Numbered from the stretch's first letter, positions 47,176-61,800 are shown. The stretch is 64,000 nucleotides of DNA from Eledone cirrhosa (GCA_964016885.1 OZ024743.1:374294001-374358000), one strand, 5' to 3'. Notes: generated by a model from the letters alone, not told the origin. A program made the numbers and translations.

Positions 47176-47886
47176 CTAGGTGGCGAATTGCAGAGCCGTT
47201 AGAACGTCGGATAGAGTAGAGTTCAAATTTGCGTTTTATCTATTCGAGACCGAAAGAAAAAGTACAAATCAAGTACTTCCTCTGTATCTCTTTCTCCTTT
47301 CTTCTCTCTCACTTTCTATCTTTCTCTGGAAGAAACCTGCTGTATCCAGACCTGAAGGAGAGAGATGGGCTCCGCCAGGCTTAAGATGCCCAAGAAACCA
47401 AGAAACGCCGTATGTCACTACGGCGCCCCTACGACTCCATCAGGAGTTACATGACTATAGCATATGTAATGTTTCGAAGGAGATTGTAAAGTCAATCATC
47501 AGCCGCAAAGGGCATCACTCGAATTCGAAACGCAGCTCCTCAGATCTACAAAAAAAAGCGAGGAAAAACGAACATTGGATCCTGTGACTGATTTGAAGCA
47601 TAATGCACAGGTTCTGTGAGCGTTTTACTGGAGGTAGACAGTTTAAACCGTCTTATTTATATGTGGCAAAAAAACACGCGATTATATCCGCAATAAGTAG
47701 AGCACTCAGTCCAAGGGACGAGCTTTAGAGCCACAACCTATCAGCAAACCATACACGAGGACGAGCACTTCACCGAAACACTGAGCCATAAACAGGATGA
47801 AAATCCGTCCGGTGTTCAAATCCTTGAGAATGGTTTGCTAATTTGTTGTGGAACTAATTCCCTCTCTCTCTCTGTATGTGGGTATA

Positions 47887-47945
<59 letters not shown>

Positions 47946-48553
47946 ATGTTTGTGTGTATGTTTGTGTGTGTATGTATGTGTGTATGCATGTATGTATGTA
48001 TGTATGTATGTATGTATGTGAGTATGTGCGTTTGCGTTTATATATATATGTAGTGTAAAAAATCATCATTTCTAGAACGTTGCTTTAGGCAGCACATGAG
48101 CTAGGGTTGAACAACAGCTTCATATAAATGTCCTACCTAAACTGTAGTAGAGGTAGACAGAAGCATATTCCAACTTGACGATAATATTTTACGATAAATT
48201 AAATAACTTAATTAATCTATTGGTTTGTCAGTTAAGTGAAAGGAGACAAATACAATAACAACACCAGCAGCAACAACAACAATAAAAATAATAACAAAGA
48301 TAAGAAGACAACCAATAAAAAGGATGGAAATTTTAATAGGCTGTCTTGTTTCAGAGGTTCTCATATTGAAACTATTTGTTGAAAGACTTAATGGATATTG
48401 AGGTTATATTTTATCATCAATATATATATATATATATATCTGAATACATTAAGTGTATGTCAACGACTTTCCCTTCAATTCATTAAACAGACAATAAAAC
48501 AATATTTATATATACGTAACTTAGTATTGGTGCTCCAACATAGCACCCCCCCC

Positions 48554-48596
<43 letters not shown>

Positions 48597-48597
<1 letters not shown>

Positions 48598-48945
48598 GGA
48601 AAAAATGAAACGAAATTTCATTTCCCACTCTTAGTACGGCTGTTACTTAAATATAAGTATGTACACGTACATACATATATGTATACAGACGTACAGTAGT
48701 ATGTATATACATACATGCACATACATATATATGTACGTATGGATTCACCGAACATTTATTATAATGCTCGGTGTATTTGTAAACAAACATCCCGTATTAA
48801 GCCGTAGTGTCCAGCAACCATCGTTGCTTGTTTGTTCAACACTGACAAACGAATGCTGTACTAGTTTCAAGCTTATTAGCTATCGTCAGCAACGAATACA
48901 TTCCTGCCAGATTGTTGACCGTATATACTTACCTTATGCATATTA
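48597..48945 (-). mobile_element. Diverged solo monomer of the 36319-39500 family
   Basis: Shares aaacgaaatttcattt...cagacgtacagtag and the HHR core (minus strand CTGACGA-tagctaataagctt-GAAACTAGTA at ~48855-48894); TA-flanked. Confidence 0.82.
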
Positions 48946-48999
48946 ATATATATATATATGTATGTATATATGTACATATACATATATATTTAAAAAAAA

Positions 49000-49630
49000 T
49001 AGGTGTGACACACGAGTTGTGATATATTGGTAAAAGGAAAAGAAAATGCTGACAAATTTTTCCCAGTGAAAAATAGTTTAATTAGGAATTAGTATAAATT
49101 AGTAATAAGTATTGGTTAGTATTCAGTTTTAGTTTTAAGTTTTTACCGGTTGCGCATTTCTAATGCTTTTCAAAAATAATTTTGAGATAGAGCGCTCGTG
49201 ATGTTTGCTCTGATCTGGTATGCAAATTTGTGTATATTTGTGTTGCACCATAGGACATGTGTGTTTACGTATGTCATTGTGTTTATACGTGGATAGAAAT
49301 GTATGTAGGATCTATGCTGATGTAGGTATGTATGTTGACGTGTAAATGTTGTGGGTTCGTCTTAGGGAGAAGTGTTTAGACGAGGTCCGTATTTGTTAAT
49401 AAAGTGAGATTCCTTGCTGATGCGCTGGGTGTACGCAGATTAGAGCAAACATCACGAGCGCTCTATCTCAAAATTATTTTTGAAAAGCATTAGAAATGCG
49501 CAACCGGTAAAAACTTAAAACTAAAACTGAATACTAACCAATACTTATTACTAATTTATACTTATTCCTAATTAAACTATTTTTCACTGGGAAAAATTTG
49601 TCAGCATTTTCTTTTCCTTTTTACTAATAT
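49000..49630 (-). mobile_element. Short truncated copy of the PLE 3 family with an inverted arm
   Basis: ~49240-49432 is the reverse complement of the ORF end and 3' UTR at ~59040-59220; arms ~49022-49215 and 49436-49630 match 56950-57155 and 60120-60322. Confidence 0.85.
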
Positions 49631-49715
49631 ACATATATATATATACATATATATATATATGTATGTATATATATACATATATATATACATATATATAATA
49701 TATATATATATATTT

Positions 49716-49972
49716 ATTATACTTGCAGTATTTAGATAGCGAGACTCTATATTTTTATAGAAACTACATACAAAATTCTATTCTCTATTTTTTTTGTTAA
49801 CATATATAACGGTTGACTTCAGAAGCATTGGGAAATTTTGAAATGTTGTCACAACACGAAAGTCCATAATAACTATCAACACTAGTCGAGATAAATCGAA
49901 TAAAGTACACGAGGAGACAGAAAAAAAAATATATAGACATATATATATATGTACACATACACACACACACAC

Positions 49973-50006
<34 letters not shown>

Positions 50007-50251
50007 ACATATATATATGTATATATATATATGTCTATATATATATTTTTTTCTGTCTCCTCGTGTACTTTATTCGATTTATCTCGACTAGTGTTGATAG
50101 TTATTATGGACTTTCGTGTTGTGACAACATTTCAAAATTTCCCAATGCTTCTGAAGTCAACCGTTATATATGTTAACAAAAAAAATAGAGAATAGAATTT
50201 TGTATGTAGTTTTTATAAAAATATAGAGTCTCGCTATCTAAATACTGCAAG

Positions 50252-50257
<6 letters not shown>
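49716..50257. repeat. ~540-bp palindromic element between (TA)n tracts
   Basis: Near-perfect inverted arms around a microsatellite centre at ~49980; no canonical HHR core found. Confidence 0.85.
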
Positions 50258-50283
<26 letters not shown>

Positions 50284-50286
<3 letters not shown>

Positions 50287-50703
50287 GGAGGTGAGTTTTA
50301 TTGTAGTACAATAAAGCAATGCAGATATCGGATAAGAAGCACTCTACAGTTTGTAGGACTGGAGTATACATAATATAAGATCAAAAGATGGTTAAAGGAG
50401 TTCCATGTATTTTATTATGCGCATTTCAAAAACAAACATCATCATGCAATAATATTTGTGTTTTCATCAGATAAAACAGGAGAACATGATATGAAGGCTA
50501 AAAAACACTTGTGGATAGTGCAGTTTTAAATCAACATATGTTGATTTAAAACTGCACTATCCACAAGTGTTTTTTAGCCTTCATATCATGTTCTCCTGTT
50601 TTATCTGATGAAAACACAAATATTATTGCATGATGATGTTTGTTTTTGAAATGCGCATAATAAAATACATGGAACTCCTTTAACCATCTTCTGATCTTAT
50701 ATT
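50284..50703. mobile_element. Spacer-less palindrome with HHRs at 50410-50476 (-) and 50599-50665 (+)
   Basis: Centre aaatcaacatatgttgattt; ttttat-CTGATGA-long stem II-GAA-ATGCGCAT-A^ataaaa. Confidence 0.85.
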
Positions 50704-50720
50704 ATATATATATATATATA

Positions 50721-50840
<120 letters not shown>

Positions 50841-51094
50841 TTATATATATATATATATATATATAAAGAATAAGCAAACCTTTGTAAAAGGGGAAATTGG
50901 TGATTAGTTACGCAGGTTAAAAGCCAATTGAGAGAAGGTTAGTGTGCTCGATGCATATAGATTGCCAGACTAGCAAACCAAGCGAATAAAAGGAAGGAAA
51001 TATGTCTAGCAAATTTACTATAAGCAGAGCAAAAAAGCATATATAAAATACTGGTGAGAACAACAAAGATTTATGAATACATATATTTTTTTAA

Positions 51095-51206
51095 TGGCTG
51101 ACAATTTGTTTCAAACACTAAACCATTATTATGCAAGTTGAGGGTATGGATACTGATCCAAAATCGATATCCGTACAGTGAAAATTTAGTGCACTCATCA
51201 GAGCCA
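51095..51206 (-). ncRNA. Type I hammerhead motif with extended stem II
   Basis: Minus strand tggct-CTGATGA-gtgcactaaa...tttagtgttt-GAA-ACAAATTGT-C^agcca; ~230 bp from a (TA)n tract. Confidence 0.7.
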
Positions 51207-52271
51207 AAAGAAAGAATTATAATATATTAACTAAAAAATCCAGACTCCTCTCCTCCCGGACATAACGTCAGTTCACCACAGCTTCAGTATCCAACTGCAG
51301 CTAGTAGTAACATTTTTATTAGCTTTACGATACTGAGAGAGTATCTTTCCCTTGGTCCTAACGCCAGTTCTTCACAAGTTTAACTGCCAACTCTGTTGAT
51401 ACTAATTTTTTTAACTGCGTGCACTGAAGCCTACGATGATAAGCCCAAAATTGTAACCACTTGGCTGCGCGTCTTCATCCATGGATGGACATTTGTTGGT
51501 TTCGGCAACGAATGTTCCACTAGTTTGGTGCACGGGACTGCCTGCTGATGAGATTAACGTGGATGTGGCTGTGTATTCTACAGTTACCTATACACATACT
51601 GTAACTTTCAGGGAATTTCAGTTAACAAGAATGGACACTGTAATTAAAGATATACACTATCCGATATAATTCCAAACAGATTACCTCGACCCAATTTCAT
51701 TCACAAAGCTTGAGTCGACTTTAAGCTGTGGTAAATGAAACTCGTTCAATGGCATCGAATTGGGAGCCTAATAACTCATATTGCGTGGAGCTGTTATGCT
51801 ACGTGGCACTTGTAAAATTATAGCGCAGAGCTGTGTTGGGCTCTTGCGTATCGTTCTTTCGTATGATTGAAGAACAGAAGAGGTGGCATGTTTCTTGAGC
51901 GTTGTTGTACTGGCAAGTTGGGCGTAATCTAATTAAATTTCAGTCATTCCAGAACGTTCTGTACCTCGAAATATTTTACTCAACATCAACCTACCATAAA
52001 AGGCTGAGCAGGTGGTAAATCGATTAAGATAGTGCCTAGAGAAGTTGGACACCTATACATACACAACTACACACACAGATATACACACTCGCATGCGAGG
52101 CTTTCTTTCTCAATGTTTGTATGTATGTATATGTATGTGTGTATACATAAGTACAATTTTGAGTATATGAGATATCTCTAAATAAAATTTCTAAATTTGA
52201 CACTGTAGATGCGTTCCAATGACAACACGTATATATATATATATACGTATATATATATATATATATAATAC

Positions 52272-52342
<71 letters not shown>

Positions 52343-52368
52343 CGTATATATATATATATATATAATGC

Positions 52369-52409
<41 letters not shown>

Positions 52410-52565
52410 TATATATATAAATATATATATATAAAGAATGAATAATAACAGGTAGACATCATAAAAAAGTAATTTATTCCGTGTGCTTACAAATGTTTCC
52501 ACGGTGGTAATACAGCCTAGTTATGCTATGTGCAAATTATCTAGGATAATCCTATACCTAAATAT

Positions 52566-52639
<74 letters not shown>

Positions 52640-53039
52640 CGTTTCTGAATTTGTTTAGCAAGATTCTTTATCTGAAATCGTGTGTTGAAACCGATATTGT
52701 TATACTTTGGGAGGGTCATGTTGCCAATAAGAAACACACGCACCAGTTGCTTTCACTTCAATTTATTATAATAAATTTATAAATTTAGGAATTTATAAAT
52801 TTCCGGTTGGTTGGTTGGTTCCACAACCAGATGGTTGTTTATATATTGTCAAAGTTCTTTCGTCACACATTCTGTGACCTCTTCAGTGACTGGGGATTCT
52901 TTTCTTTGTTTTTTGTCCCTATCCTTTGTTCTTTCCTACGGCATCTTGTTTGTGTGTGTGGGTTGTGTGCTTAGTTTGCGCCTGTGTTACATCCGGGTGT
53001 CTGTGTACCTCAATCGCCAAGAAAACGCACACAGATAGA

Positions 53040-54563
53040 TGGAACGGGTAGACCAGAGCCATACGGACCCCCGAAAACCACGATGAACTAAAGAAAATGA
53101 TTGCACCTGCGGTGGGGCCCAGCATAAAATTAACCCTTAAGGAACATATGTTCAAATTTAATGGAAAAACATATGCCCAAGAGGAGGGAGCAACCAATGG
53201 TGTTAGCATTGCAAGCGACATAGCTAACCTATTCATGGTATGGTGGGACAGTAGACTTAAACTTAAACTAAAAGAACAATTAGAAGACCCCTTAAACCTG
53301 ATAATGTACTCCCGCTACGTTGATGATATAAACATCGTAGTTAAAACACCCCAACTAGAGAACAGTCAGGAATTAGAGAAAAACACAATGGAAAGCATCC
53401 AGCAAATAGCTAACTCCATCCACCAGAGTATTAGAGTTACTATAGACTACCCAAGCAAACACCCCAACCATCGATTACCTGTACTAGACACAGAGCTCTG
53501 GTTAGATACCATTAATAACAAAAAACTAATCCTCCATTCCCATTATGCCAAACCCATGACTTCCACATATCTGATCCACCGAAACTCGGCCGTTTCGGAC
53601 CATACCAAAATCAACATACTGATTGCGGATTTGGTACGGGTGATGTGAAACGTGTCCCGCATGTGCAACCCCGAAGAACTAGAGAGACACATACAACACT
53701 TCATCCACCGTATGCAGTTCTCTGGTTACAATCAGAGAGATAAAATCAGAGTGTATAGAGGAGCCAGAACCAGATGGGAAAAAATGATAAATAATTGTTT
53801 CTACATTAGGCACAAGGCCAGCAATTACCCAGTGCATTACTAGTACTTTATTTTATCGACCCCGTAAGGATGAAAGGCAAAGTCAACCTCGGCGGGAAAA
53901 ATGGTAAATAATGACACAAATGGGACCTGCCCCTTGTATAGGAGCAAATTTTGGAATAGAATAGAAATAACTAGGAATAAGGCTAATAGAATAAACTCAT
54001 CGTATGATAGCAATAAATACCAGAGTGTAATGTTCATCGATACAACCCCTAGAGGTGAATTAGCTTACAAATTTAGAAGGGCCCTAGATAAACATAAACT
54101 CAATATTAAGATAGTAGAAAGACCACGAACCTCCATAAAAACACTTATTAGCAAGACATACTCTTTTCAAAGACCTCCCTGTATAGATAAGAAATGTATA
54201 ATCTGTAAATTAAGCCCCCATATTAACTGTAAAACTAGAAATGTAGTATATAGCATAAGATGTACTGAAGGACAATGTAGAGATAAAAATATAGTGTACA
54301 TAGGTGAGACAGCTCGTAGTATAGGGGAACGGATAAATGAACACTGGCGAGACCTTCAAGATAGTAAAGAATCATCTGTACTCTACCAACATGCTAAAAT
54401 AGAACATAAGGGTAAATTAGAGAACATAGAAATAAAAATAGAATCTACACACAGAAAAGACACAATGTTTAGACAAATCACAGAGGCAATAAACATAAAT
54501 GAATTACAACCAAAATTAAATAGAAAACATGAGTGGAACAGCAACATCACAACTTACAATTAA
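53040..54563 (+). pseudogene. PLE RT + GIY-YIG, broken by a TGA (53646) and a SINE insertion
   Basis: YAQEEGATNG, YSRYVDD, LPVLD, CIDKKCIIC, VVYSIRC...YIGETARSIGERINEH...H...EAINI...LN. Confidence 0.9.
53791..53896 (-). mobile_element. 5'-truncated SINE inserted in the PLE 2 ORF with a target-site duplication
   Basis: Flanked by gggaaaaaatgataaataat (53776-53795) and gggaaaaatggtaaataat (53894-53912). Confidence 0.85.
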
Positions 54564-54765
54564 GGACAAAATGAAAACACACACACACATAGAGCAAACA
54601 ACCAACCAGTAACATGTAAATAAACAAATAAATAAACGAATATAAACACACACAGACACCCGGATGTAACACTCGCGCAAACTAAGCACACAACACACAC
54701 ACAAAAACAAGATGGCGTAGGACAGAACAAAGGATAGGGACAAAAAACAAAGAAAAGAATCCCCA

Positions 54766-54808
54766 GTCACTGAAGAGGTCACAGAATGTGTGACGAAAGA
54801 ACTTTGAC
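54766..54808 (+). ncRNA. Type I hammerhead motif in the PLE 2 3' region (pLTR-like)
   Basis: gtca-CTGAAGA-g-gtcaca(gaatg)tgtgac-GAA-AGAACT-T^tgac. Confidence 0.75.
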
Positions 54809-55052
54809 AATATATAAACAACCATCTGGTTGTGGAACCAACTAACCAACCGGAAATTTATAAATTCCTAAATTTATAAATTTATTATAATAAATTGAAG
54901 TGAAAGCAACTGGTGCGTGTGTTTCTTATTGGCAACATGACCCGCCCAAAGTATAACAAATTGTATATATAAATATATATATATAAATATATATATATAA
55001 ATAAATAAATAAATATATAAATAAATAAATAAATATATATATAAATAAATAA

Positions 55053-55124
<72 letters not shown>

Positions 55125-55559
55125 CTTGAATACACACACACACACACACACTCACACATATATATATAATACTTGAATGTGTGGGTGTAATCACTTATGA
55201 AAGCACCCTCACCCCTTAATATGTTATCATAGAGGTAAATGTACTATATTGTATTTTATATAATTTAGTATATACATATATATAAGTGTTACAGTTTGCT
55301 TCAAGCATTGTTGAATGTATGTGTAAACATAAACGTTTCTTTTAAGAAGATTATAGTAATGCCAATGGGACATTAAATATTAAAAACAACGATAACTAAG
55401 TTGTTGGAATGTTCCGTTGGGCGTATTTAATTATTCCTTTATATTTCGGTAGAAAATCCCAACGTCAGTATATATATATATATAATTGGTGTTGGATGCT
55501 TAAAGCGTCCGTATGCGGTAGGACGTTTCAGCACTCGATGCTCTCATAGAACAGAGTAT

Positions 55560-55840
55560 GATATCACGGAAATAAAGAGAATCAGTGTTGTGATGAATGG
55601 AATTTATTGGACATATTACAATAATTTCTCTGGCGACCAACTCGAGGCACGATCGATTTGATGATCGAACCTGACTTTGAAAATCGCAAGGTCCTCAGAT
55701 AGGTCTTGATTCTACAAAGCAGATTTTCCTATGGTTCGATTATCAAATCGATCGTGCCTCGAGCTGGTCGCCAGAGAAACGATTGTAATATGTCCAATAA
55801 ATTCCATTCGTCGCAACACTGATTCTCTTTTTTTCTGTGA
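55560..55840. mobile_element. Foldback element with a degenerate long-stem-II HHR (55611-55705, -)
   Basis: Imperfect arms ~55560-55672 and 55733-55840; minus strand gacctat-CTGAGGA...GAAA; right arm GAA-ACGATTGT-A-atatgtc. Confidence 0.65.
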
Positions 55841-55886
<46 letters not shown>

Positions 55887-55906
55887 CGTGTGTGCGTGCG
55901 TGTTAC

Positions 55907-55965
<59 letters not shown>

Positions 55966-56273
55966 GCATATGCATGTATGTGTGTGTATTGTTTCGCGTA
56001 TATCATGTGACATAGAGTGAGTTGACAAAGTATAAAATTAATTCTTCTTTGACTTTTACGTTGCAGGTCTTGAAAGACCAAAATTGAGGAAGAAAAGGGA
56101 ATGGGATACTATACATGGAATATATTCTCCTTAACGTTGTTGGTTCTGTGTTCTGTTGGAACAACCATAAGCAATGGAACACCATCTCGGTAAGTTTACC
56201 GTCATTCTTTTCTGCCCCAAGTTTAATCTGTGCGAAATGTGTATCTGATTGGGTATGAGTGGACGGGGTATAA

Positions 56274-56320
<47 letters not shown>

Positions 56321-56548
56321 CACATATACTTGTATGTATTTATATATATATATATACACATATACTTGTATGTATTTATTTATATTTACATATATACATG
56401 CATTTATATGCATATATATATATATACTTGTTTATTTATATATACATATATATATGCATTAATATGTATGTATATATATATATGTACATATACTTGTTTA
56501 TTTATATATACCTATATACATGCATTTATATATATATATTTATATATA

Positions 56549-56775
<227 letters not shown>

Positions 56776-56917
56776 CAAACATTGATAATGTACAAACATT
56801 GATAATGTTCCGAGGACTCCAAGCTTAAGTTTGGAACAAACAATTGTCAGCGATTAAATGATTTGAACATAACTTTGATACTTGTGTCATTTATATATAT
56901 ATATATATATATATAGT

Positions 56918-57442
56918 TAAAAGAATAGAGGTGTAACACACAAGTTTTATATATATTGGTAAACGGAATAGAAAATGCTGACAAATTGTTCACAGTTGAA
57001 AAATGGTTTAATTAGGAATAAAAGAGTATTAGTGATTGTATGGGTTAGTATTCAGTTGTGGTTTTAAGTTTTTAAGTTTTTACCGGTTGCGTATTTCTAA
57101 ATGCTTTTCAAAGATAATTTTGAGATAGAGTGTCCGTGCTGTTTGCTCTGATCTGATTAGTTTTGGGAATTCTACCTGTTTTTATGTTAAAAAAGTGGCT
57201 CCAGCGTTATTTTTGTGTTGCAAAAATGCTTGTGGTCAAAACAATTTTGATTGGTCGGTAGAGGTCATGTGAATGTAAAAAGTTGATTTTGCGCCAAGAC
57301 TGTTTTTATGTTAAAATGTTAAAAAAGTGGCTCCAGCAAAAATTATTGGTCAAAACAATTTTGATTGGTCGGTAGAGGTCATGTGGATAAAAAATTGGTT
57401 TTGCGCCAAGATTGAGAAATGACTCTTTCACAACAAATATGT

Positions 57443-57501
<59 letters not shown>

Positions 57502-57587
57502 TGTGTGTGTGTGTGTAGTAGTAGTAGTAAGGTGTTCGATGCTGCGACAATGGCCAGCAGCGATGTGTGTCAAATGGCTATTAAGAT

Positions 57588-57643
<56 letters not shown>

Positions 57644-57774
57644 ATATATACAGCAGAGTCATTCGAAGGTCAAAAGATATTTTTCAGCTTTTGTCTTATA
57701 CGGAGAAGTGCGTGTGTGTGTGTGTGTGTATAAGTCTCTTTGTATGTTGATGTACGCGTGTGTATGTGTTTGTG

Positions 57775-57815
<41 letters not shown>

Positions 57816-59511
57816 ACCAGTATTTTTTTCCACCTGGTAAAATGGTGTACATTATTCGATTTTTTCAGTAAAATCGGTTCTCTTAATAGAACATCAAAAA
57901 TCTTAACAATAAAAGGTGTGAAATGATATTCACTATATATATACACACACACACACACTATGCCAACCTAGTCATGGGATACCTGGAAATCACCCTCTAC
58001 ACTAAAGTCCTAAACAAATTTGGAAACACCCTCCACTTACACATTGAAAGGAACTGGAAGCGATATCTAGATGACTGCTTCATCCTTTGGCACGAAAACA
58101 TCGAAAAACTTAAAGAATTTCACACCCTTACAAATATTAACTTCACGATGGAATACAGCCATCAACAACTCCCCTTCCTCGACATCCTCATTAAGATCCA
58201 TAACAAAAAAATAGAAACAGACATATACTACAAGCCCACAGACTCCAAGCAATACCTCCCCTTCAACTCTTGCCACCCTAGACACGTTAAAATTAATATT
58301 CCCTACAACTTAGCCAAGAGAATTTGTACTATAGTCTCCAATAAAAACATCTGCTACTTACGGCTACAAGAACTAAAGGACACACTCATAGGCAGGGACT
58401 ACCCTGCATCACTAATTGACAATGGAATCCAACGTGCCCTAAAACTCAGTACCCAGGACCTTAGACACCCTAAAGTAAATCAACCAAAACTAAAAGCTCT
58501 TCCATACATCTCCACACACAACCCCCTCAACAATGAGGCCTTTGACACCATCCTCCAGAACATCCCTGTATTGAAAAAGGACCATAGAATGAACCAAATT
58601 CTACGAACACACGATATCATAAAGAGCAAAAGACAATCCAAGTCAATGAAAAACATCTTAACACATGCCAAAGTACTGCCAACCACAACAACGAAACCCA
58701 CAGTAAAAAAATGCGATAGACCCAACTGTGGCATTTGCATCAACCTAATAGAGGGTTCGGAATTCTATTTCAAAGAAGGACAACGTTTTATAGTAAAACA
58801 CAATTTCACATGTGCATCGGAAAATCTAATATATGTATTAACTTGCTCAGGTTGTCGAGAACAATACATAGGCCAGACCAAAAACAGCCTCCGCCAACGC
58901 ATGACTGTCCATAGATCCAAAATTAAAATACGGGAATACAGGAAAATACCACCGAGTGAACACATTGATACCTGTGCCGCCCAAAATCATCCCAACTTCA
59001 GAATCTTTCCCCTCTACAAATTTAAAGATAATGCCACCCACACCCAGCGCATCAGCAAGGAATCTTACTTCATTAACAAATACGGACCCCGTCTAAACAC
59101 TTCTCCCTAAGACGAACCCACAACATACACACGTCAACATACATACCTACATCAGCACACATCTCTACCCACATATAAACACAATGACACACGTAAACAC
59201 ACATGCTCTATGGTGCAATACAAAAAAAAAAAAAAAAAAAAATATGTGCATATATATGTATGTATATATGTATATATATATATATATATGCAATGAGAGT
59301 GTGTGTGTGTGTGTGTATATATATAGTGAATATCATTTCACACCTTTTATTGTTAAGATTTTTGATGTTCTATTAAGAGAACCGATTTTACTGAAAAAAT
59401 CGAATAATGTACACCATTTTACCAGGGGGAAAAAAATACTGGCCCCCCCCCCACACACACATATATATACACAAACACATACACACGCGTACATCAACAT
59501 ACAAAGAGACT

Positions 59512-59546
<35 letters not shown>

Positions 59547-59610
59547 TTCTCCGTATAAGACAAAAGCTGAAAAATATCTTTTGACCTTCGAATGACTCTG
59601 CTGTATATAT

Positions 59611-59696
<86 letters not shown>

Positions 59697-59767
59697 ATCT
59701 TAATAGCCATTTGACACACATCGCTGCTGGCCATTGTCGCAGCATCGAACACCTTACTACTACTACT

Positions 59768-59833
<66 letters not shown>

Positions 59834-60316
59834 ACATATTTGTTGTGAAAGAGTCATTTCTCAATCTTGGCGCAAAACCAATTTTTTATCCACATGACCT
59901 CTACCGACCAATCAAAATTGTTTTGACCAATAATTTTTGCTGGAGCCACTTTTTTAACATTTTAACATAAAAACAGTCTTGGCGCAAAATCAACTTTTTA
60001 CATTCACATGACCTCTACCGACCAATCAAAATTGTTTTGACCACAAGCATTTTTGCAACACAAAAATAACGCTGGAGCCACTTTTTTAACATAAAAACAG
60101 GTAGAATTCCCAAAACTAATCAGATCAAAGCAAACAGCACGGACACTCTATCTCAAAATTATCTTTGAAAAGCATTTAGAAATGCGCAACCGGTAAAAAC
60201 TTAAAAACTTAAAACCACAACTGAATACTAACCCATACAATCACTAATACTCTTTTATTCCTAATTAAACCATTTTTCAACTGTGAACAATTTGTCAGCA
60301 TTTTCTATTCCGTTTA

Positions 60317-60322
<6 letters not shown>
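56918..60322 (+). mobile_element. Penelope-like element 3 (possibly Neptune-like) with a ~1-kb inverted 3' copy
   Basis: ~56952-57958 is the reverse complement of ~59300-60322; TA-flanked. Confidence 0.92.
57959..59110 (+). pseudogene. 5'-truncated PLE RT thumb + GIY-YIG ORF, open to its stop
   Basis: YANLVMGYLE, WKRYLDD, LPFLD, YYKPTDSKQYL..SCHP, KCDRPNCGIC linker, LIYVLTCSGCREQYIGQT...R...H...H...E...LN. Confidence 0.92.
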
Positions 60323-60376
<54 letters not shown>

Positions 60377-60479
60377 TCCAGTTCATCGGGGAATAACAAC
60401 ACACCCAGGAGCTGGATATATCGATGTATTGACGGAGTGAAACACACCTTAACAGCACGTCTTTTCCACACCAATTCGG

Positions 60480-60536
60480 ACTGCCTGAAGAGGTCACAGC
60501 CACCATGATGGCTGTCACCGAAATATATATAGCAGT
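60480..60536 (+). ncRNA. Type I hammerhead motif (25919 family)
   Basis: actgc-CTGAAGA-ggtcacagcca(ccatga)tggctgtcacc-GAA-ATATATAT-A^gcagt. Confidence 0.8.
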
Positions 60537-60740
60537 AAATTAATAATTTATAATAAACGAAGCCAAATTTTACATATTTGACTTACTTATTTTATATAGA
60601 GAAGTGACAACTGATTATACATTTGCTAACATTATATGATTACGCAAGCAGCGATACATAGGTATTCCGTCTGTTACAGAAACATATGTCAATACCTAAT
60701 AAATTCCTTTTTTTTAAAAAAGTACTTTCATTTTATATTC

Positions 60741-61093
<353 letters not shown>

Positions 61094-61116
61094 ATATATA
61101 TATATATATATATGAA

Positions 61117-61198
<82 letters not shown>

Positions 61199-61563
61199 TA
61201 TACATATATATATATATATACATTACATAATATACATACCAATGCCTGTATATATTGATTTATATACATGCATATATATATATATATAATCCGGCAAGAA
61301 TCATAGGGTGTTGTTGTAAGATGCTGTGCACCGGTTTTCCTTATCCATCGCGGTCGCGTTCCAGATCCCACGTTCCTTTTTGGTGTTCTCTGTTCCTTGC
61401 TCTGTCCATTCTCTCCTCATCTACATGTCCTCGCCGGAAGGCCTTTGTAAGGTTATTGCATTTTGTTACCCTTGCCATTCCATTTTATCTTTCTTTTCTT
61501 CCCTTTTGTGAGAAATGAGAAAGTCTTCATGGGGGCCAATGTGGAAATGTCATATATATATAT

Positions 61564-61633
<70 letters not shown>

Positions 61634-61718
61634 CAAAATACACTATATATACATTCATAAAGAATGAAACAGTTCTAGTCCTGTAGAATCTCATCTATAT
61701 TAAAACTTTTATACTCTG

Positions 61719-61796
<78 letters not shown>

Positions 61797-61800
<4 letters not shown>

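Larger units (their letters stand above)
52637..54958 (+). mobile_element. Penelope-like element 2, 5'-truncated, with an inverted 3' copy upstream
   Basis: ~52697-53003 is the reverse complement of ~54653-54958; HHRs at 52848-52890 (-) and 54766-54808 (+); TA-flanked. Confidence 0.92.

Noticed and set aside
49716-50257. Hammerhead in this palindrome or in the PLE 3 terminal segment (60120-60200)
   Set aside because: GAAA plus hairpins are present, but no CUGANGA core with matching stem I and NUH site could be placed.
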